Assembly: GCA_963813025.1 (NCBI GenBank)
Contig: CAWEXO010000009.1
Span: forward strand, 165,149-229,148
From: an uncultured Verrucomicrobiae bacterium
GTDB taxonomy: Bacteria > Verrucomicrobiota > Verrucomicrobiia > Chthoniobacterales > JAFAMB01
Direction of reading: 5' to 3'
DNA: 64,000 bases
Position 1 is the first letter of the stretch, and every line of letters starts with the position of its first letter. The notes beneath the pieces were generated by a model. That model did no database searches, had not been told where the DNA came from, and saw nothing but the letters and a program-made list of their open reading frames with translations. A program made the translations under genes and the position numbers. Shown piece by piece: positions 41,113 through 53,039 of this stretch.

Positions 41113-41155
41113 ATCGGGCCGCGACCAGCTTGCGAGGTCAATTCTCCGTCTGAGT

Positions 41156-41767
41156 CTAACGCTCGCTCTTTAGTATTCCGGAATCGTCGGATTCCAGCGC
41201 TTGATCGACTACCTCCGGAAGGTGTCGCATCGTCTCGGTAATTGTCTGCAGGCTCTCTTCAGTCGGAACCGCGCCATCGAGCTTCTCGTTGAGCTTTTTC
41301 GCGGCATCGACAGCCGCGGGAAGTTTCTCCGCCAGGATCTTGCCCACAGCGCTCTTTACTCTCTCCTTTTCTTCCTTCTTGCCCTCGGTTAATCCACTCA
41401 GAAATTCCTCGGCAGCAGCGGGATCAATCTGCGAATCGAGGAGCACCAGCACGAAGTCATCAGCTCTCTTGAAAGCACAGCCCGTCTTAAAACGACGCGA
41501 AGCAGCCGGCCGAACCGTACAGGCAACAAAATGAACCGGCACCGGAGAAATTTCGCACTCGGAGGCCTCGTTCTCCGCCGGCCACTCCAAGCTGATGACT
41601 TGATCGACCGGAGTTTGCCTGATTTCCTCGGCGCTCAGCTGAGCATCTTCGAGAAACCCTGGATTCCAGGCCAAGAACCGGTTCTGCGACAAATCGGCCA
41701 GGGCGCCCGGCACCGCGAAAAAGTTCAGGGCTGCGCAAAGTCCCTCGGAATCGGTTGGAGTGGTCAT
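41156..41767 (-). CDS. Hypothetical protein, PAS-like N-terminus and helical C-terminus
   Basis: 203-aa ATG ORF with purine-rich upstream; FLAWNPGF PAS-like motif (weak). Confidence 0.55.
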   Translation of the reverse strand: MTTPTDSEGLCAALNFFAVPGALADLSQNRFLAWNPGFLEDAQLSAEEIRQTPVDQVISLEWPAENEASECEISPVPVHFVACTVRPAASRRFKTGCAFKRADDFVLVLLDSQIDPAAAEEFLSGLTEGKKEEKERVKSAVGKILAEKLPAAVDAAKKLNEKLDGAVPTEESLQTITETMRHLPEVVDQALESDDSGILKSER

Positions 41768-41869
41768 TTCTGTCTTTTTCCTTTAATAACGAACCAGCGC
41801 GAACGTTAACGAGCGCGGCACTGCCGAAGAAAACAATCTAGCGCATTGTCGAAGAATTGTCCGGAGTCT

Positions 41870-42036
41870 TCCTCATGGCGTTTCTTCAACCCCGCGTTTG
41901 GGATTTGCGGAACAATCTTACGGCGTATGACGCCGTTTATGTTGCCCTTGCCGGAGTCCTGGATGCTCCACTGATCACGCGCGATCGGCGTCTCGCCACT
42001 GCAGCCAGCCAGCATGCACGGATCGAACTGATATAA
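41870..42036 (+). pseudogene. VapC PIN toxin C-terminal remnant
   Basis: VWDLRNNLTAYDAVYVALAGVLDAPLITRDRRLA. Confidence 0.75.
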
Positions 42037-42074
42037 ACACTCCGCGCCTCTACGAAAGTCGTGGACAATCAACC

Positions 42075-42163
42075 TGGCGGAGGGAGTGGGATTCGAACCC
42101 ACGGACCCTTGCGGGTCTCCGGTTTTCAAGACCGGTCCATTAAGCCAGCTCTGGCATCCCTCC
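42075..42163 (-). tRNA. tRNA-Ser(TGA)
   Basis: GGAGGGATGCCAGAGCTGGCTTAATGGACCGGTCT-TGA-AAACCGG, long variable arm, GGTTCGAATCCC, CCA end. Confidence 0.96.
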
Positions 42164-42253
42164 TCTTTAGGCTTCCAGACTTAATTCAGCAGTTTTTCAC
42201 TGATCCACAAATCAGCCTATTCGCTACCATGTCGTCCAGGAACGCGCTGATCA

Positions 42254-42961
42254 TCATGTCGGCTTTCTTTGAGCTGTTGCGGACCGAACCACCTCGTATC
42301 GAATCCAGAGCGCGTCACGTCCGCGCTGCTCAACGGATTTGAGCCTGAGGGGAACGGCCGTGCTTCTTGAAGGGCTCACACTGTCGAAGACGGCAGGGAT
42401 GTCGTGGCGTCCATCGATGCCAGGAACAACCAAGAGGCTCACCTCATCGACCAGATCGGCCTGGAGGAAGGCCCCGTTAATGTGGCCGCCTCCTTCGAGA
42501 AGTAGAGTGCGGATTCCGAAATGCTCTCCGAACAGGTTCACGGCATTAGCGAGGTCGACAGAGGACTTTCCGGAGACGATATAGGAGATTCCCTTCTCCC
42601 GGAGCATGGTCAGGTAGTCCTCCGGGACTTGTTCACTCACCAAACAGATGAGGTGATCGCCATCGAGATCACCGTCTGGCCACCGTAGCTTGCCGAGCGT
42701 ATCAACGGAGATGGCATGGGATTTTACTCGTCGAGCGACAAAGACGGGCCGAGGTCCTGCCGGCGTGTTCGAGTCAGCGACGAACGGCTCATCCTCCGCG
42801 AAGTGCTGCTGCATTGTCGTGCGACCGCAAATCCAGGCATCGCCGTTCAGCTTCGCAGCCGTTGCCTCGTACTCGCCGTCGCCCGTGACTGCGCCCAGAG
42901 CTGCGCCGTCGATCTTCCCATCCACAGACGAGAGCATGTGACAAATGATATAAGGTCTCAT
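42254..42961 (-). CDS. RibD C-terminal/dihydrofolate reductase-family protein
   Basis: MLSSVDGKI, LLLEGGGHING, LVDEVSL. Confidence 0.88.
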   Translation of the reverse strand: MRPYIICHMLSSVDGKIDGAALGAVTGDGEYEATAAKLNGDAWICGRTTMQQHFAEDEPFVADSNTPAGPRPVFVARRVKSHAISVDTLGKLRWPDGDLDGDHLICLVSEQVPEDYLTMLREKGISYIVSGKSSVDLANAVNLFGEHFGIRTLLLEGGGHINGAFLQADLVDEVSLLVVPGIDGRHDIPAVFDSVSPSRSTAVPLRLKSVEQRGRDALWIRYEVVRSATAQRKPT

Positions 42962-42968
42962 TGCGGAA

Positions 42969-43610
42969 CTATTTCCTAAGCCACTCGAACCGGTAAGCCA
43001 GTTCCGGCCCCCCTTTTCCCTCGTACGCGAGCTGGGCCACGAGCAGCGCGAACGGCTCGGTGTATCGGGCGATCCGCAGCGGTCCAGTGTCCACCGGATC
43101 GAAACCCACGTCGCGGATCAATCCTGCCGCTAATTCTTTGGCGCGTTGGTCGTCCCCGCAGTACACTAGACTCGGTCGGCTGGCCTTGCGCTTGGCTTCG
43201 TACACGCCGAAAAGCACTTCGCTGGGTACGGTGTTGAATGCGGCCACGACCCGAGCCTTCGGAATCATCTTGGCAAGTTCCTCCGCCCCCGACGAGTGCG
43301 GCACGACGAGCTCGGTGTTGTCATCATTCATCGGGAGAGAGCAGGTTACGATCACCTTGCCCGACAAATCGCCTGTCTGATTCAGCACGTCCTTTATTCG
43401 CGACCAATGCACGGCGAGCAACACCGCGTCCGCTTCCTGCGCGGCCTCTCGCGGTGTGCCGGCCCGCGCCTTGCCCTTGGCGTCCCGTGCGAGCACCCTG
43501 AGCTTCTGCTCGCTGCGGACGTAGCTGAATACCACCTCATGTCCGGCTCGCGCAAAGATTGTTCCGAGATTGCCGCCCATTAATCCCGAACCGAGAATAC
43601 CAACTCGCAT
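42969..43610 (-). CDS. F420-dependent NADP oxidoreductase-family protein
   Basis: GILGSGLMG, VVAAFNT, GFDPVDTG. Confidence 0.88.
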   Translation of the reverse strand: MRVGILGSGLMGGNLGTIFARAGHEVVFSYVRSEQKLRVLARDAKGKARAGTPREAAQEADAVLLAVHWSRIKDVLNQTGDLSGKVIVTCSLPMNDDNTELVVPHSSGAEELAKMIPKARVVAAFNTVPSEVLFGVYEAKRKASRPSLVYCGDDQRAKELAAGLIRDVGFDPVDTGPLRIARYTEPFALLVAQLAYEGKGGPELAYRFEWLRK

Positions 43611-43681
43611 GCTACTCCTTCGATTTGATGGTGCGCGTGCATCAGCAATAGAAATACGTTTCTCTTTGATTTCGATGGTTC

Positions 43682-43864
43682 TCACCCATGCCGCTCAGCC
43701 TCCCCTTGTTCACGTTTCTTGACAAGTACGTGGTACCTGACGACGTCCCAGGCATTGTGAATGCCAACAAAGAGGAGCAGCAGCGTCGCAGCGCCAACGA
43801 CGAACAGAGCTGGGCGCGCATGGGAGTGAGCCACGTATGCCGATCCAGCTAGCGGCGGTAGCAC
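43682..43864 (-). pseudogene. Membrane protein C-terminal remnant
   Basis: Hydrophobic LFVVGAATLLLLFVGIHNAWD with no convincing start. Confidence 0.4.
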
Positions 43865-43918
43865 CCACGACTTTTAAGAATTTGCGACGAGGGCAGAGCA
43901 TAGGGATGACTCACGCGG

Positions 43919-45230
<1,312 letters not shown>

Positions 45231-45398
45231 TTGGGCAACTAATGGGCAACACACTACTCCGCTATCTTCTGTTGCCAGATTGTTGCCACTGAGAACCGTT
45301 TCCCGTTTGCGTCGCCTCTCGTGAGGGTGGTAAGCACACAGCTCGGAGGCGCAATCAGCAAACGGGGGCTAAGTCAACGATTCCTAGGCGTCAGGTAT

Positions 45399-46361
45399 TC
45401 AAGATGGGCGGCAAAACCAGCCGAGCACGGACCACAGACTGAACCATTCCTTAATTTGCTCCGGCCAATCGATGTTTGTTCTTCTGCTCGCTGCCGCGAC
45501 GTCGGCGCAGGCATTTTCGACCGTTGCGCCACGGTTCAGTGCGCTCAGGATCGCGAACGCCTCTGGGTCCAGGCGCTTATAGTACAGCATGTTGTCCTGG
45601 CGATGCACGGCGAGGTAAACCTTCTCGCGTTTCGGTAAACGGATGCGTTTGCGGCGTTTCGCTGGCTTCGGCGCAGCCTCGACGGCATTGCTCGCTTCGC
45701 CGCGCAACGTGTCAGAGTCGCGCTTTTTTACGGCAATGAGGAACTCATCCACCGCGTAGTCCAGTTCGAGCAATGAAAGATACGGTTGCAAGCCGAGCCG
45801 TAGCTGCGCCGGCGCGGTATCCAGGATATCGTCGCTGCTGATCGGCGGCTTCGCCGGCCCATCGAATGCGACCACCTGCGCCCACTCGAAACGCACCATG
45901 TTGAGCGCCAACTCCTGGCGAGAGCCGGCCCACTGCGGTTCCTCGCAGATAAATTGTTCGAGCCGGCCGCCCAGATCGCGCAAGGTATACGAACTCGATG
46001 GAAAACGTGCTAAATAGGCGGACGCCAGCTTCATGAACTTCCGCACGCCGAGGATCGCGCGCAAACCCGGATAATCGTCATAGAGGCAATCGAGCACTCG
46101 AAACCAGTACTGCCGGTTATAAATTTCCAGGCGTTCAAAAGAGCTAAGCCGGTCATTCGGCTTAATGAATTCTGCCGCGAACTCCTGCATCTTTCTGCCA
46201 TCGGTCCAACGCTTCTGCATACCCCACTGAGGCGTCAGTGGACGGAACAATGCGCTGGCCATCGCTCGCTGCAGTTCGCGCAAGTCTTCGCAAGAGGTGA
46301 TGTCACGCGGCACTCGTGGCGAGTTGTTCGTCGCGGAATTTATTGGCTTTGAGTGCTTCAT
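45399..46361 (-). CDS. DUF2063 MNIO partner protein (BufC/HvfC-like); alternative GTG start at 46313
   Basis: ERLEIYNRQYWFR..DDYPGLRAILG..F..Y...PS.S.TL; overlaps the DUF692 stop. Confidence 0.88.
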   Translation of the reverse strand: MKHSKPINSATNNSPRVPRDITSCEDLRELQRAMASALFRPLTPQWGMQKRWTDGRKMQEFAAEFIKPNDRLSSFERLEIYNRQYWFRVLDCLYDDYPGLRAILGVRKFMKLASAYLARFPSSSYTLRDLGGRLEQFICEEPQWAGSRQELALNMVRFEWAQVVAFDGPAKPPISSDDILDTAPAQLRLGLQPYLSLLELDYAVDEFLIAVKKRDSDTLRGEASNAVEAAPKPAKRRKRIRLPKREKVYLAVHRQDNMLYYKRLDPEAFAILSALNRGATVENACADVAAASRRTNIDWPEQIKEWFSLWSVLGWFCRPS

Positions 46362-47154
46362 TGTGAACTTCGTTGAAGGTCGGGATGCGGTCATCCCATT
46401 CGAGCAGCGTGGCAGTGTTACCGACCAGCTTGATAGCGTGAGCGTACATCTTCCATACCGGGTCGAGTACCGGATGATCATGGGTATCCAGAATGTACTT
46501 TTCGAACTTCGAGTGACCGGCGATATGGATTTGGCCGACCCGGTGATGCGGGATGTTGTTCAGGTAGTCGTACGGATCAAAGTTGTGGTTCTTTGACGAG
46601 ACGTAAATGTTGTTAACGTCCAGGAGAATACCGCAATCAGCCAGTTCGACGACCTCGCTCAGGAACTCCCACTCCGTCATTTCCGATGCGTGGTATTCAG
46701 CATAACTGCTGACATTTTCGACGCAAACTGGTACTTCGAGATGGTCACGCGCAGCACGGATTTTTTCGGCGGTGTGGCGGGCCACGGCAAAGGTGTAGGG
46801 CATGGGCAACAGATCATGCGTATAACGTCCGTCAACGCTACCCCAGCACAGATGATCAGACAGCCACGGGGTGTTCGTGCGTCGAACCAATCGTTTGAGC
46901 CGCTTTTGATGCTCGCGATCGGCCTTGTCAGCCGAACCAAAATACATTGCAACACCGTGCTGGACAACGCGGTATTGTTCGAGAATTGCATCGAGCACTT
47001 CGAGCGGTCGGCCGCCGTCGACCATGAAATTCTCCGAGATGATCTCAAACCAATCGACGACGGGCTTTTCCGCCAGAATATGTCGATAGTGAGGTACACG
47101 CAGGCCAATCCCGATACCGTATTCCGTGAATCCATTGAAGGGGTTCGCAGGCAT
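46303..47154 (-). CDS. DUF692 multinuclear non-heme iron oxidative enzyme (MNIO)
   Basis: GIGLRVPH, FEIISENF, HGV, SDHLCW, ENVSSY, LLDVNN, QIHIAGH, DTHD, LLEWD. Confidence 0.95.
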   Translation of the reverse strand: MPANPFNGFTEYGIGIGLRVPHYRHILAEKPVVDWFEIISENFMVDGGRPLEVLDAILEQYRVVQHGVAMYFGSADKADREHQKRLKRLVRRTNTPWLSDHLCWGSVDGRYTHDLLPMPYTFAVARHTAEKIRAARDHLEVPVCVENVSSYAEYHASEMTEWEFLSEVVELADCGILLDVNNIYVSSKNHNFDPYDYLNNIPHHRVGQIHIAGHSKFEKYILDTHDHPVLDPVWKMYAHAIKLVGNTATLLEWDDRIPTFNEVHNEALKANKFRDEQLATSAA

Positions 47155-47270
47155 AGTTTTCGATTCTCCTAAAAGCTGGTTAAAAGTCTTGCGCAGGGGC
47201 TGAAGCGGGAAAACTCCGAGCCCCGCGCAACTGCACTAACCGTTCCAGAGAGAGCGGTCGTTTGCGATTT

Positions 47271-47528
47271 TTACTTGCTACCGTCGGTGGCACACCCTCC
47301 TTGACCTTTGCAGGCGTTTTGGCCTGGATGGGGGCCGCCGCCCTGGCCCTTACAGTCGTTCTGACCTTTACACGCATGCTTGGGCAGGGCCTTCTGAGCG
47401 TCGGCCATAGAGTGGAGAGAAACGCCCGCCTGACTCGATGCGCTCGCGGCGGAAGTACGCACCGCCAACGATCCGGTTAGAAGACCGGCGACAGCCGCAC
47501 TAGCCAATACTGCTTTGGATGGTTTCAT
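47271..47528 (-). CDS. Exported Cys-rich RiPP precursor (bufferin-like)
   Basis: Signal peptide; core HACKGQNDCKGQGG..NACKGQGGCATDG; directly upstream of the MNIO. Confidence 0.88.
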   Translation of the reverse strand: MKPSKAVLASAAVAGLLTGSLAVRTSAASASSQAGVSLHSMADAQKALPKHACKGQNDCKGQGGGPHPGQNACKGQGGCATDGSK

Positions 47529-47659
47529 TTCTATTAACTTTCCTTTATTGTGGTTGGGTTTTCTTTTTTAATTGCGGCTTCCCGATCCGAGCGTTCGACT
47601 TGGCTCATCCGGTCCGCAGCTTCGTGGTAGGCTTCAAGCCTATTACCGCTGGCAGTTCA

Positions 47660-47686
47660 GTCGGGGAACGCCGGCAAATCCTTACA
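47660..47686 (-). promoter_or_regulatory. Candidate ECF sigma promoter for the precursor operon
   Basis: TGTAAGG-N16-CGAC on the minus strand, resembling the SigF/ECF16 consensus GTAACC-N16-CGAA. Confidence 0.5.
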
Positions 47687-47715
47687 AAAACATCCTAATT
47701 TTTGCGCCTTCTAAC

Positions 47716-48249
47716 TCAAACCTTGGCGTTGCTCGGCCCGGTGGGTGCTCTATTCGGATCGTCGGCGGTCCGACCCCTCTTCGCAAACGTTCTCGATTGT
47801 AGCAGGGCGTCCACGGAGAATCTGCCGGGTCCGTACACAAGAACGATCAACGCAGTCAGTAGAAATGGAAACGGGTCAGCCTTCACAAACTTGTCAGGAT
47901 CGCTGAAGATGCTCGAGATGGCTTCGAAATCTGCCGTCAAGTAAGCAACGATCATCGACATTACGATCAGAAGAGACACAGGTCGCGATGCCAGGCCGAT
48001 AATCAGCAGCAAGCTGCCGAAACACTCGAGAGAACCAATAAAGTACGCATTCAGCGTCGGCAGCGGAATCCCAAGGCTGGTGAAGTACTCCGCAACCTTT
48101 CCGATGTTGCCCAGCTTGCCTTTTCCAGTGAGAAAAAGCTGCCAGAAGAAGTAAAGCCGCAAAACAAGCAGAAATGGCGACTGCAGAGCCCGACCACCGG
48201 TCTCAAGGAGTGCGTAACCGCGGCGACTAAAATCAACTAGTGCTTTCAT
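47716..48249 (-). CDS. DoxX family membrane protein
   Basis: LRLYFFWQLFLTGKGKL, ECFGSLLLIIGLASR, GPGRFSVD. Confidence 0.9.
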   Translation of the reverse strand: MKALVDFSRRGYALLETGGRALQSPFLLVLRLYFFWQLFLTGKGKLGNIGKVAEYFTSLGIPLPTLNAYFIGSLECFGSLLLIIGLASRPVSLLIVMSMIVAYLTADFEAISSIFSDPDKFVKADPFPFLLTALIVLVYGPGRFSVDALLQSRTFAKRGRTADDPNRAPTGPSNAKV

Positions 48250-48706
48250 GCTTGGAGCTAGCAATCGAATGTGGGGCGAATCGGCTGTTGCCGCGCTGGT
48301 CCGGATTGCCACGGTGTGACATGATCGGACGTGGTGATCGCGACGAAATGGAATCCGCTCGTTCATAAACATTCGAGTTTGTTCATTTGTCGGAGAAGTC
48401 TTCAAATCCTTACGGTCTCCGAAACGTTTCAGGTTTTCATGGCGATTGTTGACGCGCTTCATCGTGCAAAACGGGCCCTTCACCGCAATGTCACCAGGAC
48501 ATTAGAAGGATAAGCGCGCCTATTTATTCCCAGAGGGTAATTATTTGCGCACGCCTTTCCTCAAGTGCACCTCGTCTCCTGACGCACAAGCGGCGCTCCA
48601 AGAAGCAGAGGCGAATATGCGCCACAGGCAAAGATCCGCTGTCCAACGGCCCGAGAGGCTCTCTCAATAATCCGAGGTAACTACACCCCCGGAACGCAAG
48701 AGGACG

Positions 48707-50789
48707 TTAAAAGCTGAAACTAATCGTACTGGTAACACCGTTCGCGTCGTAGTTCTTTCGACCCAGTTGTCCTTGGTAACCCACGTAGACGGAAATCCGT
48801 TGGTTTAATAGAACCCCGACTCCGGCATTGATGATGGCGCTGTCGTGCCCTTCATTGGGGCCAAAGAAAGTCGCTGTCGCTCCGCCTAAGGCAGGAGCGC
48901 TGACAGTTATGGGCAGAGCCGAGTATTTGAACTCATGTTCCCAGGCGGCAGTGACGGAAGGAATCACCAAGAAATTCCCGACATGCCAGGTGTAAGAGGG
49001 CTGTAGGCCCAGGTCGGTTCTCCAGGATTCTTCGGAATCCTCATGGATCTGTAAGGGGATCAGTGAACCTTTTTCGGAGAACCCGTTGATATGGACGTTG
49101 GTGTATTGCACCGCGCCCGTGGGTCCCACGGTAAAATTGCCAAAAGAGAAGTTGTAGCCGAGGTCGAGGAAAGTGCTGAATTCGTAGCCATCGGTGCTGC
49201 CGCTGGCTGGCCCGAGCAGCCCCTGCCGCCTTGTGTCGTAGGAATTGTAGGCGCCGAAGGCGGCCGTGTTGAGGTAAAAGCCGTGGTCAAAGTAGGTTGC
49301 GTAAAGACCGAACCGTCCGGTGTCGACGTCGATATTCCCTGAGGGTTGCAGGGATGTCCAGGTATGGGCGTAAGAACCGAAGATGCCCAGAACGAAGTGA
49401 TCGGTGATCCTGTAATCAATACCTGTCGACACTCCGCCGGTAGTGAAGTCGTAGCCCTTTGCGAAGTGATCGGTATCGACTGACACAAAATCGCCCCAGC
49501 CATTCACCCAAACACCCCAGCGATTTTGGGGGGTAGGCTGAAAGACGGGGGGTGGTGCAACCCCTTTTCCTTCTCCTTTACCTTCCCCTATAGTCGCCTT
49601 GCCCTCGGGCGGAGGCGGCGGAGCCGGAAGCGGGGACGCAAAGCCCGTTGATCCCTGTTGAATCTGCGTCATGCGATCATCCAGATTAAACCTCAGGGAA
49701 TTGGCTCCCGAAAAGGAGATTTCAAAGAGAGAGGTGAGCTGTTCCGCCGTCGGATCGAGAATTGCAACTACCTCCGCCGGCGGCAAAGGCGCTTCTGGAT
49801 TGACGGGCGGAAGGGGTTCCGGAATAACCTCAGTGATTGGGGGTTTTGGAGTTGGTGTTGGCGTTGGCGGGGGCGGTGGCGGAGTCGGCGTGGGCGTGGG
49901 CGTGGGGGCCGGTGTGGGTGTAGGCGCCGGCGTGGGCGTAGGCGTATGCGCTGCGTAGACCAGGGCCACTCCATTTGGCGCGTAGACGTCGATCCGTTGC
50001 AGATTGGCATTGTTATTCAAAGAATCGTTCACCTGGGAGAACTCGCCGCTCCGCGTGCTAGTGCTGTGAAGGACTTCGAAGGCATTCCCGGCGGAGGGAC
50101 GGAAATTATTCAGGGAACTCACGGCCAGGGTTCCGTCCAAACTGGCGGTCCCGCCAACCTGCACGTGATCATATTCCTCCCCATTGATGCCTCCAACTCC
50201 CAAGGCAAGCGTCCCGCCCGACCCTTGCGTATAATTGCCACCGACATTGATGGTCAGCGGCAAGCCGGTCTGGAAGCTTGTACTGCGTAAGGTTCCTCCG
50301 TTCAAAAAAACATCTCCTGTGCCTAGCGCCATGTATGTTTCTTGAGTAGACCCCTCCGGTACCCCGACAGCGAGAGTACCACCATCGATACTGGTTCCAC
50401 CACTGTAGGTGTTGTCGGCGGTGAGGATAGTCGTGCCGGCAAGGACGTTGACCTCCCCATTCCCGGGCCCGAAACTCGGGTCGGAGTCAATCCTCGTCGC
50501 GAATGTATAGTCGGTACCGGTGTAATTAAAGGGAACCCGCCGTAGCGACGCTCTCTGCCGCGATTCGGGTCGGATGGAGTGGGTCGGTGTCGAGAATGAC
50601 GGTCCCCGTCGTCGGCACGGTCCCGGTATCCCAATTAGTACCGGTAAACCAGTCATCCGAGGTTATTCCGGTCCAATCCGTTGTCTGCCCAAAGGCGACG
50701 CCAGCTAGGATTATATTCAGGGCCACAGCCATGCCCTGCCGCCGCGTCTGAAACAGGTACAGCCGAGAAAAGCCATCCCTTGTTTTCAT
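48707..50789 (-). CDS. Autotransporter with short passenger and Pro/Thr linker; frameshift or deletion near 50530-50560
   Basis: Signal peptide, LTADNTYSGGTSIDGGTL repeat, PT-rich linker ~49840-49950, beta-barrel ending ISFSF. Confidence 0.85.
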
Positions 50790-50880
50790 GAAGAGTCTCC
50801 TTGGAAGGGTTTGGCGCGAATTATAGGGATTTTTGCCCGAAAATAGCAATCACGAAAGATTGCCATCTCGAAATGAGGAT

Positions 50881-51000
50881 TTAAACAGAAGCTCTCAAAG
50901 TTCACAGCGCGGCGTAGCTGCAACCAAAGCATCCGCGCAGACTCCACTGACAGGCTGGAAGCCTGTGCCACTTTACCGCCGTGACACCGGCATCTTGCCG
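50881..51000. repeat. Family B repeat copy
   Basis: GCAGACTCCACTGACAGGCTGGAAGCCTGTGCCACTTT.CCGCCGTGACACCGGCATCTT shared with 38206-38265. Confidence 0.85.
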
Positions 51001-51049
51001 GTGAACCTTCAAACTGTTCAGCTCCTCGTAAATCCTCGCAGGAAAACAA

Positions 51050-51207
51050 GATTTTCCGGATTCGTCGCGTGGTGGCTTTGGCGAACGATCTATTTGCTAA
51101 AACTACCCCGCATAGAAAAGATGTTGCGGGTTGCGCTCGACTGGACTCTGGATCTCTCTTCCCTAAGATTTCGTCCAGTATCTCCACCAACGCACGCCCG
51201 CCTTTGA
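51050..51207 (+). pseudogene. Type II NADH dehydrogenase C-terminal remnant
   Basis: FSGFVAWWLWRTIYLLKLP..K.LRVALDWTLDL. Confidence 0.7.
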
Positions 51208-51775
51208 CGACGCATTGTCATCCCGTCTGTCTGGCCAATCTCTCGACACCGACGAATAGTATCCCGGCCGCCAGCCGCAAATACCCGATCTGACAGCCGG
51301 ACACGCAAAATGATTCCGGGTAATTGTCCTAATTGGCGGAAAAGTGACAGTAGGTCGGTGTAGGGAATCTTCGCTCCAGCAGCTCGACAAGCCGGGCGTA
51401 AACCTCTTCCACCGGTACGCCGAGTCTGACGCTGATGGCGTTCAGCTCTGCGATCTGGGCTTCCCGCAAAGCCTTACCGGCAATTTTCTTGTTCAGGTCG
51501 TTCACTGGAATGTGGGTATGACGCTTACAACGGTTCTTTTATTGCGTTCTGTAACCAAGATCGACAAATCCTTTTTCGGCGACAGTACCCGAACGGGTGA
51601 GGAGCGTTTCCTTCTGGCCCTTTGGTTCCATTTACGAACGTCCGTCAATGCCCTACCAGTCAGGCCGAGCAACTGAAAACAATGTGCGCTGGAAGGCTCA
51701 GGCACTTACTGGCGCACGTTTTAACTGCGAAGACAAAAAACAGAATAGCCAGTGATTAAAGAGGAAACGATCAAT

Positions 51776-52003
51776 ATGAACATAGCAAAACGTTCGGTGA
51801 AACAGACGATGATGTGGGCAGTCCTGCCACTATTACCATTCTTTCTGGGGTTGACGTCGACCCAAGCCAAAGAACGAAAAGCTCACCCCACACGTCACGC
51901 ACGGTCATCGGCTTATTTCCAGCGACAAAATGTGCAGCGGGATCCCGATCCGTCGTATGCCCCTCCGCGCAGCCCGGGCTTTAACGATGAAATTGGAAGT
52001 TAA
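51776..52003 (+). CDS. Small exported hypothetical protein
   Basis: GAGGA upstream, signal peptide ending TQA. Confidence 0.5.
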   Translation: MNIAKRSVKQTMMWAVLPLLPFFLGLTSTQAKERKAHPTRHARSSAYFQRQNVQRDPDPSYAPPRSPGFNDEIGS

Positions 52004-52239
52004 GTGAGGCAGCAATGTTTTGGCGGGAAGCTTCGGGTTTGGGAGGGGGCACTCGAGGAGGTTGCCGAGGAGATGAGTTTCGAGCTGCTCTTCGGGCCGA
52101 CACAGAAACGGTCACCTGGTCAACCGAGCGCTCGGTCCGCCAAAGACAAGAATCGGCTTTGATGTCGGCGACTGTTGTGTACATAGAGCATGAAATGATC
52201 GATTGGATTGAGTGACGAATCCGCGTTAACAGACCTCTG

Positions 52240-52875
52240 ATGCTCTTCGATTTCGAGAAACTACCGCCGCGCGAGCGCTACAAATTGCTTGTTTCCACGA
52301 TCACGCCGCGACCCATCGCCTGGATCGTCAGTCAGAACGTTCACGGCCGTCTCAACGCCGCTCCCTTTTCTTTCTTCAACGCCTTTGCCGGCGATCCGCC
52401 GGTCGTTGGCATCGGCATCGGCAGCCATAAGCCGGGCCGTGCTAAAGACACCCGCGCCAACATTCGCGAGACGCGCCAGTTCGTTCTGAATCTCGTCTCG
52501 CAGGAAGTCGCGGACCGAATGAACATCACCGCCATCGAATTTCCCCCAGAGATTGACGAACTGCAACAAGCCGGCCTGACAACCTGCGCCTCTGTGTACG
52601 TAAAACCCCCGCGCATCGCCGGAAGCCCCGTGTCGCTCGAATGCGAGCTGATGCAGATCGTCGAGTTGGGAAACGAGAACGGTCTGGTGCTGGCCCGTGT
52701 CTTGGCCATGCATGTTTGTGACGAATCCGTTCTCGACGCGCAGAGAAACTACATCGACACGCCCAGCCTGCACCTGATCGGTCGTATGCACGGCAGCGGG
52801 TGGTACGCTCGCACCACAGACCTCTTCGACATGCCCCGCATTCCTTTGAAGGACTGGAATGGAAGTTCCGAATAA
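52240..52875 (+). CDS. Flavin reductase-like FMN-binding protein
   Basis: PRPIAW, NAAPFSFFN, KDTRANIRET, IGRMHG. Confidence 0.92.
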   Translation: MLFDFEKLPPRERYKLLVSTITPRPIAWIVSQNVHGRLNAAPFSFFNAFAGDPPVVGIGIGSHKPGRAKDTRANIRETRQFVLNLVSQEVADRMNITAIEFPPEIDELQQAGLTTCASVYVKPPRIAGSPVSLECELMQIVELGNENGLVLARVLAMHVCDESVLDAQRNYIDTPSLHLIGRMHGSGWYARTTDLFDMPRIPLKDWNGSSE

Positions 52876-52892
52876 ACGAGGCGTCCGGCTTC

Positions 52893-53012
52893 GGTAGGGC
52901 GAAAATTCATTCGAGCGTCAGCGAGAACTTGTTTGAGCCGTCTTGGCTATGGCAACTCCATCGTCCGGCTCGAACGAGTCTTCGCCGAAGGCTCAGATGA
53001 AATTCTCGCCCT
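52893..53012. repeat. Family A REP copy interrupted by IS110; resumes at 54024
   Basis: GGTAGGGCGAAAATTCATTCGAG...AAATTCTCGCC-CT|ACCGG. Confidence 0.85.
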
Positions 53013-53039
53013 TGTACCTTGCCCCACCAACTTTTTTCC

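Noticed and set aside
41800..42163. Integrative island at tRNA-Ser
   Set aside because: No integrase and no duplicated tRNA 3' end seen in the window; only a vapC remnant is adjacent
49840..49950. GGCGT(G/A) tandem repeat as a DNA element
   Set aside because: It encodes the Pro/Thr linker of the autotransporter
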